A stretch of 63,869 nt of DNA, counting the filler, from Octopus bimaculoides (Eukaryota), in NCBI RefSeq assembly GCF_001194135.2. It is 8 parts of 8 records of this genome, joined end to end, with 100 filler letters (N's around TTAATTAATTAA, not from the genome) between each part and the next. Parts side by side here need not be neighbours in the genome. Positions count along the whole stretch, not along the records: positions 12,793 to 42,652 come from NC_068991.1; positions 42,753 to 49,644 come from NC_068996.1; positions 49,745 to 56,490 come from NC_069002.1; 5 more parts are not named here. One strand, written 5' to 3'. The notes below the pieces were generated by a model. That model ran no database searches and was not told the DNA's origin. It saw only the letters and a list, made by a program, of their open reading frames with translations. The position numbers and the translations under genes were made by a program. Positions 40,039 to 52,622 of this stretch are shown piece after piece (the first letter of the stretch is position 1; each line of letters opens with the position of its first letter).

Positions 40039-40634
40039 NNNNNNNNNNNNNNNNNNNNNNNNNNNNNNNNNNNNNNNNNNNNNNNNNNNNNNNNNNNNNN
40101 NNNNNNNNNNNNNNNNNNNNNNNNNNNNNNNNNNNNNNNNNNNNNNNNNNNNNNNNNNNNNNNNNNNNNNNNNNNNNNNNNNNNNNNNNNNNNNNNNNNN
40201 NNNNNNNNNNNNNNNNNNNNNNNNNNNNNNNNNNNNNNNNNNNNNNNNNNNNNNNNNNNNNNNNNNNNNNNNNNNNNNNNNNNNNNNNNNNNNNNNNNNN
40301 NNNNNNNNNNNNNNNNNNNNNNNNNNNNNNNNNNNNNNNNNNNNNNNNNNNNNNNNNNNNNNNNNNNNNNNNNNNNNNNNNNNNNNNNNNNNNNNNNNNN
40401 NNNNNNNNNNNNNNNNNNNNNNNNNNNNNNNNNNNNNNNNNNNNNNNNNNNNNNNNNNNNNNNNNNNNNNNNNNNNNNNNNNNNNNNNNNNNNNNNNNNN
40501 NNNNNNNNNNNNNNNNNNNNNNNNNNNNNNNNNNNNNNNNNNNNNNNNNNNNNNNNNNNNNNNNNNNNNNNNNNNNNNNNNNNNNNNNNNNNNNNNNNNN
40601 NNNNNNNNNNNNNNNNNNNNNNNNNNNNNNNNNN

Positions 40635-40667
<33 letters not shown>

Positions 40668-41561
40668 ATATATATAGTATATATGCTATATGTGCGTGAA
40701 TATGTCTGTGTGTGCGTGTGTGCGTGCGTGTATGTATGTGCGCGCGTGTGCGTGATGTGTGTGTGTGTGTGTGTGTATGGGTGTATAATCATATATGTAC
40801 AGAAAATGAGAGATGCATGTAGCTATATTTCACACGCAATATCACTGAAGCAAACAAATTAATACAACTATTTATTGAAATTCTGTCACTGATGTCTACA
40901 AACTGTTCGGGTCAGCAGTATTGAAGTAAAGAACAAAAATAGAAATGGTAAACGAAACGAAACAAATTGAAATTCAAAAGAATTATACTACAATACGCTG
41001 GAAAAAACAAAAACAAAATCATTTTACAAATATATACAAAATAAATAAAAGAAGAATGAAAATTATGACGGCATGAACTAATGCTGAAACTATACACAAA
41101 AGATATCATTTGAATTTTTTCTGAATAATTTGACCCTTAATTCATGAAATTGTTTGCAAATCTGTTGACAAACACGATACAAGGCAGTTTTCGTGGCTTT
41201 CGTGTCTTATTGCCAAATACAACGTATTTATGCTACGCAAAGTGAAGAACTCGTCTAAATTGCGCTTTATTCAAGCTTGTCCAAGCGTTTAACAATAGCA
41301 GTTTACGTAGACGTTTCTGTGGAAACTCATTATTTCATACCGCTGAGCTATTAAGTCTTTGTGTGTGCGTACATGCATGCGTATGCGTGTATGTGCCGCG
41401 CGCGCGTATGAAGCTCTTTTCTCATTTTCTATTATGTTGTACTGACGCGTGCCGGTACGCGCCATCTTATATCGTTGTTTGTCTGCAGCAAAAGAAATAG
41501 GACAGCATATATGTACGCGCCTATGTATTTGTATATGTGTGTGTGCGTGTGCGCGTGTGTA

Positions 41562-41600
<39 letters not shown>

Positions 41601-42135
41601 ATNNNNNNNNNNNNNNNNNNNNNNNNNNNNNNNNNNNNNNNNNNNNNNNNNNNNNNNNNNNNNNNNNNNNNNNNNNNNNNNNNNNNNNNNNNNNNNNNNN
41701 NNNNNNNNNNNNNNNNNNNNNNNNNNNNNNNNNNNNNNNNNNNNNNNNNNNNNNNNNNNNNNNNNNNNNNNNNNNNNNNNNNNNNNNNNNNNNNNNNNNN
41801 NNNNNNNNNNNNNNNNNNNNNNNNNNNNNNNNNNNNNNNNNNNNNNNNNNNNNNNNNNNNNNNNNNNNNNNNNNNNNNNNNNNNNNNNNNNNNNNNNNNN
41901 NNNNNNNNNNNNNNNNNNNNNNNNNNNNNNNNNNNNNNNNNNNNNNNNNNNNNNNNNNNNNNNNNNNNNNNNNNNNNNNNNNNNNNNNNNNNNNNNNNNN
42001 NNNNNNNNNNNNNNNNNNNNNNNNNNNNNNNNNNNNNNNNNNNNNNNNNNNNNNNNNNNNNNNNNNNNNNNNNNNNNNNNNNNNNNNNNNNNNNNNNNNN
42101 NNNNNNNNNNNNNNNNNNNNNNNNNNNNNNNNNNN

Positions 42136-42179
<44 letters not shown>

Positions 42180-42613
42180 GTATACAAACACATACATACA
42201 CACATGCGTACACATATACATGTGCATATATATATTTATATACGCACATATATAAATTATGCTTAGATACATGATACATATATATATATGTATATACATA
42301 TATTTATATATATTTATATACATATATGTATGTATGCATATATGTATATATGTATATATGTATATATGTATGTATGTTTGTATGCATGTATTTTCGTATG
42401 CATATACACATATCTATGTATGTTTCCATGTACTTCTGTACGCATGTATTCATGAATGCAAGAAGAATAGATAACGAGGGTGAGATTGTATGTGTGTATG
42501 GAGAAGACATAGTAGGTCCGGTCTCACTTAAATGTCAGAGCAGAAGATAGACTACTCTCACATATATTTATAGAGAAGTGCATTCATATATACATACGTC
42601 ATACATATATATA

Positions 42614-42652
<39 letters not shown>

Positions 42653-42757
42653 NNNNNNNNNNNNNNNNNNNNNNNNNNNNNNNNNNNNNNNNNNNNTTAA
42701 TTAATTAANNNNNNNNNNNNNNNNNNNNNNNNNNNNNNNNNNNNNNNNNNNNATATA

Positions 42758-44310
42758 CAGTATCTCACAAAAGTATGTACACCCCTAAATAATTTCAGTA
42801 CAATTGCAATTACTCTAAAAATATCGAAGGAAATCAAATGAAATTTATACATTATACATGTAAATTTTACACAAATTTGGAACAAAAAACAACAAACATT
42901 TTCAGAGATATGAACGAAATATCAATTTTCAAACGTTACAAATATATATATATATACACCCGAAAGGAAATTTGCTATATACAATATTTTATTCACTTTT
43001 TTTTTTTTTTTACTAAATTTAGATATTGCCAATAATTTCAATTCTAATAAATTATTTCTTCTGGCATTTTTGCACTGGTCATTGTTATTGCATCCGCAGG
43101 AATTCTGATTTGTGTAGTGGTGAAAATCTTCTTCATTGCGATTAAAATGGCACCAAAAGGAAAATAATTATCTGAAGATTTGAAGAAAATCATTTTTAAT
43201 TTGCACAAGAATGGTTTAAGATACAAGTTAATTAGCAAACGAATACATATTAACGACAATACAGTTGCCAAAGTAATTCAGAAGTACAAAACTACTGGAC
43301 GGCTAAGCAATAGACATCGTCCAGGTCATACTATTTTAACTGTGCGTGATATTTGCCATATCCAACGTTACGTGATGGGCACCAGGCATCGTACCGCTTC
43401 ATCTTTGGCCCAAAAAGTGTCATGGAGGAAGCCTCTCCTCAGTACCAGGTATAAATCAAGTCGTCTTTCTTTTGCCGAAACCTATGTAAGGGCAAGGAGT
43501 TTTGGAATAAAATTCTTTTTCCTGACGAGATTAAAATTAACTTGTTTGGGTCAGATGGTATTAAATAAGTATGGTGACGACAAGGTTAAGATAATAGCGA
43601 CAAATGCACCGTGTCTACCGTGAAACATGGCGGCGGTAGTGTTATGCTTTGGAGATGCATGATTGCGGATGATGTGACAGGACTCACATTTATTGAGAGA
43701 ACAATGGATTTAAGGCTTTATTGTGACATATTGCAGAAAACAATGTTGAAGGCCATCAAAGAACTAGGAAGACATTCCATGTTCCAACATAATAATGACT
43801 CTAAATACACTTTAAAGATGACGACTAAGTTTTGATAAAATGTTAAGGGTATTGCCTTGGCCTACCATGTCACCTAATTTAAACCGAACAAAACATCTGT
43901 AGGAGTGTTTTCAAAAGGAAGGTTGAGGAGAAAAAAACCTACAACGTAACACAGATGAAAGACATCATTCAGGATGAATGGAGGTCGATTGCATCGGTAA
44001 TAACCAGACATTTAGTTGACTCTATGCTCAGAAGTCTTAATGCAGTCATTGAAAGCAAGGGCAGTTACACCAAATATTAAATATAGCAAATAATCCTTTA
44101 GGGTGCACATATTTTTGTATCGATTGAAAATTAATATTTCATTCATATCTTTGAAAATATTTAGTGTTGTATAGTCCAAGTTTGTATAGCGTTTGCGTGT
44201 ATAATATATTTTATACAGTATAAATTTCGTTTGATTTCTTTCGACATAATCAGAGTAATGGCAATTTTAATTAAATTTTTCAGGAGTGTACATATTTCTG
44301 TGAGATACTG
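42758..44310 (+). mobile_element. Tc1-family transposon with long IR/DR-type inverted repeats, inactive
   Basis: Outer TIR CAGTATCTCACAAAAGTATGTACACCCCT and its reverse complement ending at 44310, TA on both sides. Inverted similarity extends about 210 bp (42758-42967 vs about 44095-44310), with an inner copy of the terminal motif at about 44098-44118. Confidence 0.9.
43147..44080 (+). pseudogene. Tc1 (DD34E-type) transposase pseudogene
   Basis: MAPKGK*LSEDLKK, DEIKINLFGSDG, TVKHGGGSVMLWRCM, FQHNNDSKYT, WPTMSPNLN and KGSYTKY*, with multiple stops and frameshifts. Confidence 0.9.
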
Positions 44311-45624
44311 TATGTGTATATAATATANNNNNNNNNNNNNNNNNNNNNNNNNNNNNNNNNNNNNNNNNNNNNNNNNNNNNNNNNNNNNNNNNNNNNNNNN
44401 NNNNNNNNNNNNNNNNNNNNNNNNNNNNNNNNNNNNNNNNNNNNNNNNNNNNNNNNNNNNNNNNNNNNNNNNNNNNNNNNNNNNNNNNNNNNNNNNNNNN
44501 NNNNNNNNNNNNNNNNNNNNNNNNNNNNNNNNNNNNNNNNNNNNNNNNNNNNNNNNNNNNNNNNNNNNNNNNNNNNNNNNNNNNNNNNNNNNNNNNNNNN
44601 NNNNNNNNNNNNNNNNNNNNNNNNNNNNNNNNNNNNNNNNNNNNNNNNNNNNNNNNNNNNNNNNNNNNNNNNNNNNNNNNNNNNNNNNNNNNNNNNNNNN
44701 NNNNNNNNNNNNNNNNNNNNNNNNNNNNNNNNNNNNNNNNNNNNNNNNNNNNNNNNNNNNNNNNNNNTATATATACATATATGGAGATGCAAACAAGAAT
44801 AATAAAATTCAAAGTAAGAGTATGTTTATCGTATATGTTTATCTTAGTATATATGTGTGTGTGTGTGCGTTTTATTATTCTTGTTTGCATCTCTATATAT
44901 GTATATATATATATATATATATATCATTTATGCGTGTACATGTGTGTTTGGGGGAAGTGCTTTTCAGTCGAAGACTTTAGGTAAATAACCAAAATTGCGT
45001 AACGGACTTAGGGAACGAATAGTATAAACTGCATCTCCATTAAATTGGATGCAGACTGGATGATGGTAATCAACGTGGAGCTCTTAACGTAACAGCAGCA
45101 GTCGTACAGCTAACTGAACAAACAATAAATAGCACTAATATAGATATATATACACATACATGCATATATGCATGAACATACGCACACACACACACATATA
45201 AATGTATGTACACCAATGTAATGCAGGTTGTTTTGCAGGTAATATTTTGTGTAACTGCTGTTCACGTTAAATACGTAAAACAGATTATTCTCCACGGAGA
45301 TAACGAAGAAAAAAAATGCAAGAACAAAAAGTGAAGGCAGTTAATAATTAATTTCCTGTAACATAAAAATAGATTTATCTCTGTACGAAAGAAGAGCACT
45401 TTTCCCCTACCTTGACAAATAATCATTTTATTACGTTTCCTTGCCAAAACATGTGCATGATGAAACATTCAGTATAACGGGGATTTCAACGAACGGCGGA
45501 GTAGTATTATAAGTAGAAGTAAAAGAACGTTTGTCGTGCTCAACAATGTCATCGTCGTCGTCATCATCATCATCATCATCATCATCATCGTCGTCGTTGT
45601 CGTCGTCGTCGTCGTCATCATCAT

Positions 45625-45655
<31 letters not shown>

Positions 45656-46828
45656 AGCAGCAGAACCAACAGCAGCAGCAGCAACACCACCACGACCACG
45701 ACAACTAACATCAGAAAACCACCGCCTACACCACCACAGTCACTACCATTGCTCGTATAAGAGAACATGATTATCGTTATACGATTGTATTAACCTACAT
45801 TTGCTGTTACTCCTAAAATTAGCTTAGTGGTTCTCAAGGTTAATGAAAGCTTGTACGAGGTAACGTACTGGATATCGTTAAGACACTTGTGCTTCTCACC
45901 CACTAAGACATCCACATCACCCAGGGATCATTGAATTTAATAGAAGCATATGTGATGTAGACTTCTGAAGAGAAAACTCCCGAAAGTTTGGTATCCTTGC
46001 TGCCAAAACTTCGCTTTGTTCAATGTGGCGACGATTTTAAATGTAATTTAAAAGACCCCTGGTAACTGTTCTCTCAGCAATAATTGTATGATCAAACGTT
46101 TATTTGATTAATGCCTAGTTTGGTAATAATCCTACATATAAAGCATATACCGGAGTCACAAAAAGCCACTTCAAAATGCGATTTTATATACAAAACAATT
46201 CTGTCAAATTTCCAGAGAACATGTGGTCAACAAGTTTTTCTTAACATGTATGGCTGTTAAAAGAAACTAGTTGTCTTACTTTCTACATCCAATGGTCTAT
46301 CTTGGAAAAAAAAAGGAAAAAAAAAAAAATCACATACTGGAATGGAATTACCGTTATTCTATGAAACGCCTGTTGTTCTTAAGTGAAAATATTTTATCTC
46401 GTTTCAAGAGAAAATTGCATTGATTCGTAAATCTGAGCATATCAATTAAACTGCTGTACATATTCTTCAAAGTTCCTGACTTCGAAACTTTGCCAATGTA
46501 TTATTTACTGTTTTTAGCAGAACTTTGAACTTGTTGTTTTGTATTTTATCATACTATACGTTTATGATCTTAAATTTTTTATTCAGGCCGTCACATTCGA
46601 TCGAAATGTTTTTCTGCTTCCTTCTTTTAATATGAATGTTTATCGACCGAGATATATATTTCATACGTGTTTATTATATTCTTTATTATATATTATATTT
46701 TATTTTATTTTATTTTATTTTATGCACTCTTGTATTACTCTCGCCTTGAATTAATGCGTTTACATATCCCTAGGCATATATGTGTGTGCGTGTGTATAAT
46801 AATAATAATGATAATGATGATGATGATA

Positions 46829-46868
<40 letters not shown>

Positions 46869-46894
46869 GGATGAGGATGATGATGATGATGATG

Positions 46895-46931
<37 letters not shown>

Positions 46932-46991
46932 TAATAATATGTGCGGAAAACACTCGGCAAGAAATGGAAGAAAATTTGAAGAAAGAAGAAA

Positions 46992-47064
<73 letters not shown>

Positions 47065-48230
47065 GTAAAGCTGCTCGATCCGGTGTTCCATGCGACTTAA
47101 AAGTTAGCAGGCTTACACATACCTAATTCGTTCAGGTTCAGATTACCGAGTAGAGAAATACAGGAAGTCCAAGATGGCTACTGGACGTCCCTTCAAAGTT
47201 CCACGCACGCACGCGCGTGTGTATGAATTTGAATTTAGTCCGTTTATTTCAATCGACATTTTTGGCGGGTATGTGTTTTGTTGTTTGATCTGTACCTCTT
47301 ATACATTTACCTCTTATCTACTTTCTTTACCCGTTGTATTCTTTCTAATTTCTCCCACACTCGCTTATATCTATAACCATCCATACCAGATATAGGTTGT
47401 TTAGTCTTAGCAAACAATATCTTTTAACTTAACTACTAGGTTTTCCTCTTTGTTTTCCTGTTTTTCTTCTTCAATTGTTGCTTTTCTATCCTATTCTCTC
47501 TATTCTTAGCTTTTATGCTTTCCTTTCCTTCTCTTTCTTACATGACTGCATCCCACCACCATATTTATTTATTGATGCATTTTTACTTTTTATTTTTTCC
47601 TTATATTTTGTACTTGTTGTTTGTGCTATTCATTCGCCCTTGTATTAATTTTTAATTTTAATTTATATCGCTTGCAAAATTTTTCTTTCAGTTTTAATTT
47701 CTAAAAGGCCTTTTTTATTCTTTGTATTTTTATGCCTGTTTCCACAAGTATAGAATGATTCATACTATCCGTTTTCTATTATCCAGTTTTTGATTCAATT
47801 TCGACTCGCATTCAATTTTTATATTTTTGTTTCCGTTACGGTCAATCGTTTTGTATCGAATACATTCCCGTTATTTTCAATACTAATAATGTCCTGTCCA
47901 ATTAGCTTTAATTGTTTATCCGATGTGTTGCTAAATATTAATTACTATACTGTTTATAAATAGTTATAAATTGTAATAAACTATATTATTATTGCTCCAA
48001 ATACTCACGACTGTCTGTTCATCGATTACGTGAAGCTCTGAGTGGAAAGTATGTCAACTCATTTCGATTCAATAAATTATTCTGCTCTACTTTTCGTATT
48101 CGAGTACTATTTTTTTTCACTGTTCTGTTCTGTACACATGTGTATACTATATATGCATATATAGTAATTACCTTATATGTGTGTGTGCGTGCATATATAC
48201 ACAATCACACAGACAGAAACAGACAGACAG

Positions 48231-48271
<41 letters not shown>

Positions 48272-48349
48272 GCGTACATATATATGTGCCCACACACGTA
48301 GTGGTAGGAAACTCAAGATAGCAGAAAAACTGAAAGACCTCAAAAAAGA

Positions 48350-49410
48350 AACCCTCCACAGCCAAGTGTTTCGGCCTTTAATTTCTTAGACTCTAAAGGA
48401 GCACGGCCACATCCAGATCATGACTTGTGGGTACCCTTCTGCTGACGCTTTTTAGTCACTTGGATACAGGAGACTTGTGCACTTAAACCGCCTGGAGATT
48501 TCATATAGATGTAACTTTTCTCCGTTGACTCAGCTTCCAAATTTATATTTGAAGTTGAAATAACGTTAGTTTCAGAGTTACTTCCCTAAGTATTAAAACT
48601 AAAATATTGCCTTCAAACGGTATGGAGGTCGGTTTTGTTTCTCCTCGACCCGATACAGCTAGAACAACTCTCTGCTGTCTCTGATATTGCCTTTAGTGCT
48701 TTGGTCTTGTTCTGTCCAGAGACCGAGAGTAGTTTCATTAGATCGTAAGCATATTTGCCCACAAAGCCTCTGGTTCCAATCTCTATGCCGAGAAGCTTGA
48801 CTCGGAAGTGTGCTTCCTTCAGGTTGTCAGTCAGACTGGTGTATTTTTCGGTCTAGAACACGCATGCTTCTAGTTTACTTTCAAACGAGACGCCGAGTTC
48901 AGTCAAAATCAGTTGCTTTGGTGAACTGTAATGGAGTATGATATCCGGTCTCTAGCCATCCTTCCTGTTAATTTGTGATTGCTTTGTTGAGCACACCCAG
49001 TCATTCGCATCACCCAGAGCACTCCATTCCTGTGCTCCGTGTGGCGTAGCTGTTCCTAATCATGACTTGCTGCTTCTGCCGCGCAGAACGATATTGGAGA
49101 TTTTGACCTTTTCCTTCCCGCAGTTTTCGCGTGTATGATCTCCTTAAATATTTGATTGTACCGCCACATGTAATCTTCCTTGTGCTACCACTATCCTGCA
49201 GGAGCTCAAAAAATATTTCATTGTGTGTCTACCCCGCCAGAGCGGGCGCTCAGGATTATCTAATTTGTCCCACTTCACTAGGTTCGTATTGGAAGGCAGG
49301 AGACCATAGACAGATCTGAGAATAAAACTTATTTACGAGGTACCATATGCCACAAGTAGCTCCAAACTAGACACTTCTGGAGTGCACGATACCGCGGCGG
49401 CTGCTGACCC
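48350..49410 (-). mobile_element. HERO-like RLE non-LTR retrotransposon, 3' fragment
   Basis: Decayed peptides LWHMVP..LRSVYGLLPSNTNLVKW, zinc-knuckle remnant FLSSCRIVVAQG(R)YMWRYNQI, and PD-(D/E)xK nuclease RPDIIL (48940-51)..LTELGVSFE..EKY..IEIGTRGFVG. Family assignment is from recalled consensus. Confidence 0.75.
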
Positions 49411-49432
49411 TGTTGCTTTAACCGATTATGTA

Positions 49433-49644
49433 CGAGGTGGTATCAGAAACTCCAGGACCAGTTATGCTTAACAAAAAAAAAAAAAGTTATTTATCTAAGT
49501 TTTATCATCATCTCCTTCGAGCAGTCACCCAGCGCAGCAATACACCGGTTCCCGAGTTCCTACCACTTTCTGAATCCAGCCTGAAAGTCGTTTGCCGTAA
49601 GCCAGTCGAGGAACTTCTGTGATTCGCTCTAGATCTCGACAATG
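49433..49644 (-). mobile_element. Mariner 3' end with TIR
   Basis: FQAGFRKW*ELGNRCIAALGD followed by TIR TA-CGAGGTGGTATCAGAAACTCC. Truncated by a linker. Confidence 0.6.
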
Positions 49645-49744
49645 NNNNNNNNNNNNNNNNNNNNNNNNNNNNNNNNNNNNNNNNNNNNTTAATTAATTAA
49701 NNNNNNNNNNNNNNNNNNNNNNNNNNNNNNNNNNNNNNNNNNNN

Positions 49745-50483
49745 ACGACGACGACGACGACGACGACGACGATAACGACGACGATGATGATGACGCTGAC
49801 GCTATTAATAATCCGGATGCTGCCGTTGCTGATAACGATGTTAATGATGATGCCGATGATGATGATGATGACGATGTTGATGTTGATGATAGTGATGATG
49901 ATGATGAAGACGACGACGACGACGACGACGACGACGTCGATGACGTTGTTGCTATCCTCGACGTCGTTAAGGAGGCGGCGTGGTGCGGCGGCGACGTTGC
50001 TGCCGTCCGCGACGTTGTTCTCGGCGTTGTTATTGTCGAAACGTTGTTGTGTGTGGTTAAATGAGTGGTTGTCGTGTGTGCTGTTGTTATTGTTGTTGTT
50101 ATAGCCGTCGTCGTCGTCGTCGCCGCTGCTGCTGCTGCTTCTGCCGCCGCTGCTGCTGCTACCGCCGCCGCCGTCGTAGTCAGGCTGCTACTAATACTAC
50201 TACTACCTATATTACTACTATTACTACCAATACTATTAGTATTACTACTACTACTATTATTATTATTATTATTATTAATATTATTACAGCTACTACTAAT
50301 ATTATTATTATTACCACTACTACTACTATTACTACTACCGTTACAAGCCAGTCTTTTGGTTTTGTTAGAAGAAATATTTAAACTAAGAATACCTAGAGTA
50401 GCATTCGAGCCATGAAACTGGCTGTTAGTAGTCGCATTGCTACCGTGGTTACTATTAACACTAAGACTATTGATGTTGTTGTT

Positions 50484-50516
<33 letters not shown>

Positions 50517-50605
50517 ACTAATTATGTTTTGTTTGTTGTTTTTGTTGTTGTTGTTATTCTTCGGACTCGTATTTCCAAACAGAGAAATCTTGTTAATAGA
50601 TTTGC

Positions 50606-50636
<31 letters not shown>

Positions 50637-51036
50637 ACTAACACCGATTCCACTCGGTGCACCAATTCCGACAGAGGATGGTGGTGGTGGTGGTGGTGGT
50701 GGCGGCGGTGGCGATGGTGGTGTCGTAGGTGCTGTCCCTCCGCTGTAAGGGTGCGGCGAGTGGGCGGGTGGTGACACGGCTCGGCGATTTGACGTCCTTA
50801 ACGAAGACGTACATTGCAATTGCTGTTGGTGATGGTGATGGTGATGATGATGATGAAGCTGTTGTTGCTGCTGCTGTTGTTGTTGTTGTTGTTGTTGCTG
50901 TTGTTGTTGTTGCTGGGCTGGTGACATCAGGGGTGAGAACGAGTTCGCGCCCGTTTCGTTCGGAATAGCGGAGACCCCCAAACAAACACGGCGACGCTTG
51001 TCCAGATATTCTTTTCTTTTTAGTACACGGCAGGTG
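49745..51036 (-). CDS. Probable large low-complexity coding exon (polyQ/H/P/N/S/A/T tracts, basic NLS-like LKRKEYLDKRRR); protein unidentified
   Basis: Frame is stop-free from 51101 to the linker at 49745 (about 452 codons) through AAT/AAC-rich tracts that give TAA in other frames. Unique spacers between homopolymers look protein-like. Candidate acceptor TTGCAAG/C at 51037/51036. The 3' end is lost at the linker. Confidence 0.6.
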
Positions 51037-51415
51037 CTTGCAATTAACGAACAATTACAATGATAATGATGATGATGACGACGACGATTATTATTACTTA
51101 ATTAATTAATTAATCAAACAGAATAAATAATTAAATAATTAAATAATTAATTAATAAAATCCCCGCTATTACTAATAACAATTACATAATTCATTAGCAG
51201 TAATAGTAGTAATAGCAGTAGTGGTAGTAGTCGTAGTAGTAGCAATAGTATTAAATTGTGGCGGCGGTGTAGATGCCACTGGTTACGGAACCGATGTTGT
51301 TATAGTTGTTGTTGTTGTTGGTGTGGTGGTGGTGGTGGTGCCGTCGGGGGTGTAGCCGTGTTCCTGATGCTGGTGGCGACGACGACGACGACGATGATGG
51401 TGATGATGGTGATGG

Positions 51416-51459
<44 letters not shown>

Positions 51460-52570
51460 GTGCGTGTCCGGATTGGTAAACGTTGTTATATGTAATAATA
51501 CGGTGGTCGTTAGCTGATGGCATCACTTCTTCAAGTGAGAGAGAGTCGTACAAAACTCACTCCCAGCTAGGCGCTGCTGCTGCTGCTGCTCCTACTACCC
51601 CCTGCTACTGCTGCTGCTGCTGCTACTGGTGTTGTTGCTGCTGCTAATTATCTGGTTATATTTGCCGTTTGTTATGATTGATGTTGTTGTTGTTGTTGTT
51701 GTTGTCGTTGATGAGTCTTCTTCAACCGTTTCCTGCCGCTATTGGTTCCTTGAACGATGATGCGATGACGGCAGAGGAGGCAGCAGTAGTAGTAATAGCG
51801 GCAGTAGTAGTAGTAGTAGTAGTAGTAGTATTTGAGGATGAGGAGAAGGAGGAGGAGGAGGTGGAAACTGAGATGTGGTTGAGAAAATGGCGGTAGGAGG
51901 AGGCGACTACAGAATGTGTTGTACGGATGAGGAGGAGGAGGAGGAGAGAGAGAAAAGGAGGAGAAAGGTGGAGAAGGAGACAGTAGCAATATAAAGTGTT
52001 AGCGGGGAAGGGGATGACAGCGGAGGGGAGCGGAAGTGGTGGTGGTGATGGTGGTAGTGGTGGTGACGGTACGGTAGAGTGGAGGGCAGAGATATAAGTA
52101 TATAATAATTTTGATCTACGGCAAAGATGACGACGAAGATGATGATGATGATGATAATGAGGTGTTATAGGAGAATAGCGCTGGTGGTGGTGACAGCGGT
52201 GGTAGTGGTGGTGGTGGTGGTGGTAGTGGTGGTAGCGCGAGGTATGATGCGAATGATGATATCGGTGATGGAGGCGGGCAACATGAAAACGATGACGGCG
52301 CTGTTGACGACGACGACGACGATGACGACAAGGAGGATGATGATTATGATTATGATGATGATGATGGCGGCGATGATGCTGTTGGCGGTGGCGGTGAGGA
52401 CTTCGGTGAATAATGAGAGCGACAGAAACTCTGAGAGTCCGTCGGTCCCTAATTGAGTGTTTATAACGTGCAGGGACATAGGTGTACAGAATGTCGGGTT
52501 ATTTAGAAGGACAACATGTTAATAACCAACGACTATGTCTATATAATACATACATACATACATACATACA

Positions 52571-52622
<52 letters not shown>

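Noticed and set aside
45480-45770. Ser/His/Ala-rich ORFs on both strands
   Set aside because: Short mosaic of CAT/CGT/CAG repeats with no unique protein-like content.
45960-45995. CTGAAGA...CGAAA hammerhead-like spacing
   Set aside because: Stem II does not pair in register; no stem I or valid triplet.
51250-52480. Triplet-rich ORFs upstream of the probable exon
   Set aside because: Frames are short and interrupted by stops with no consistent splice structure. They could still be UTR or intron of the same gene.
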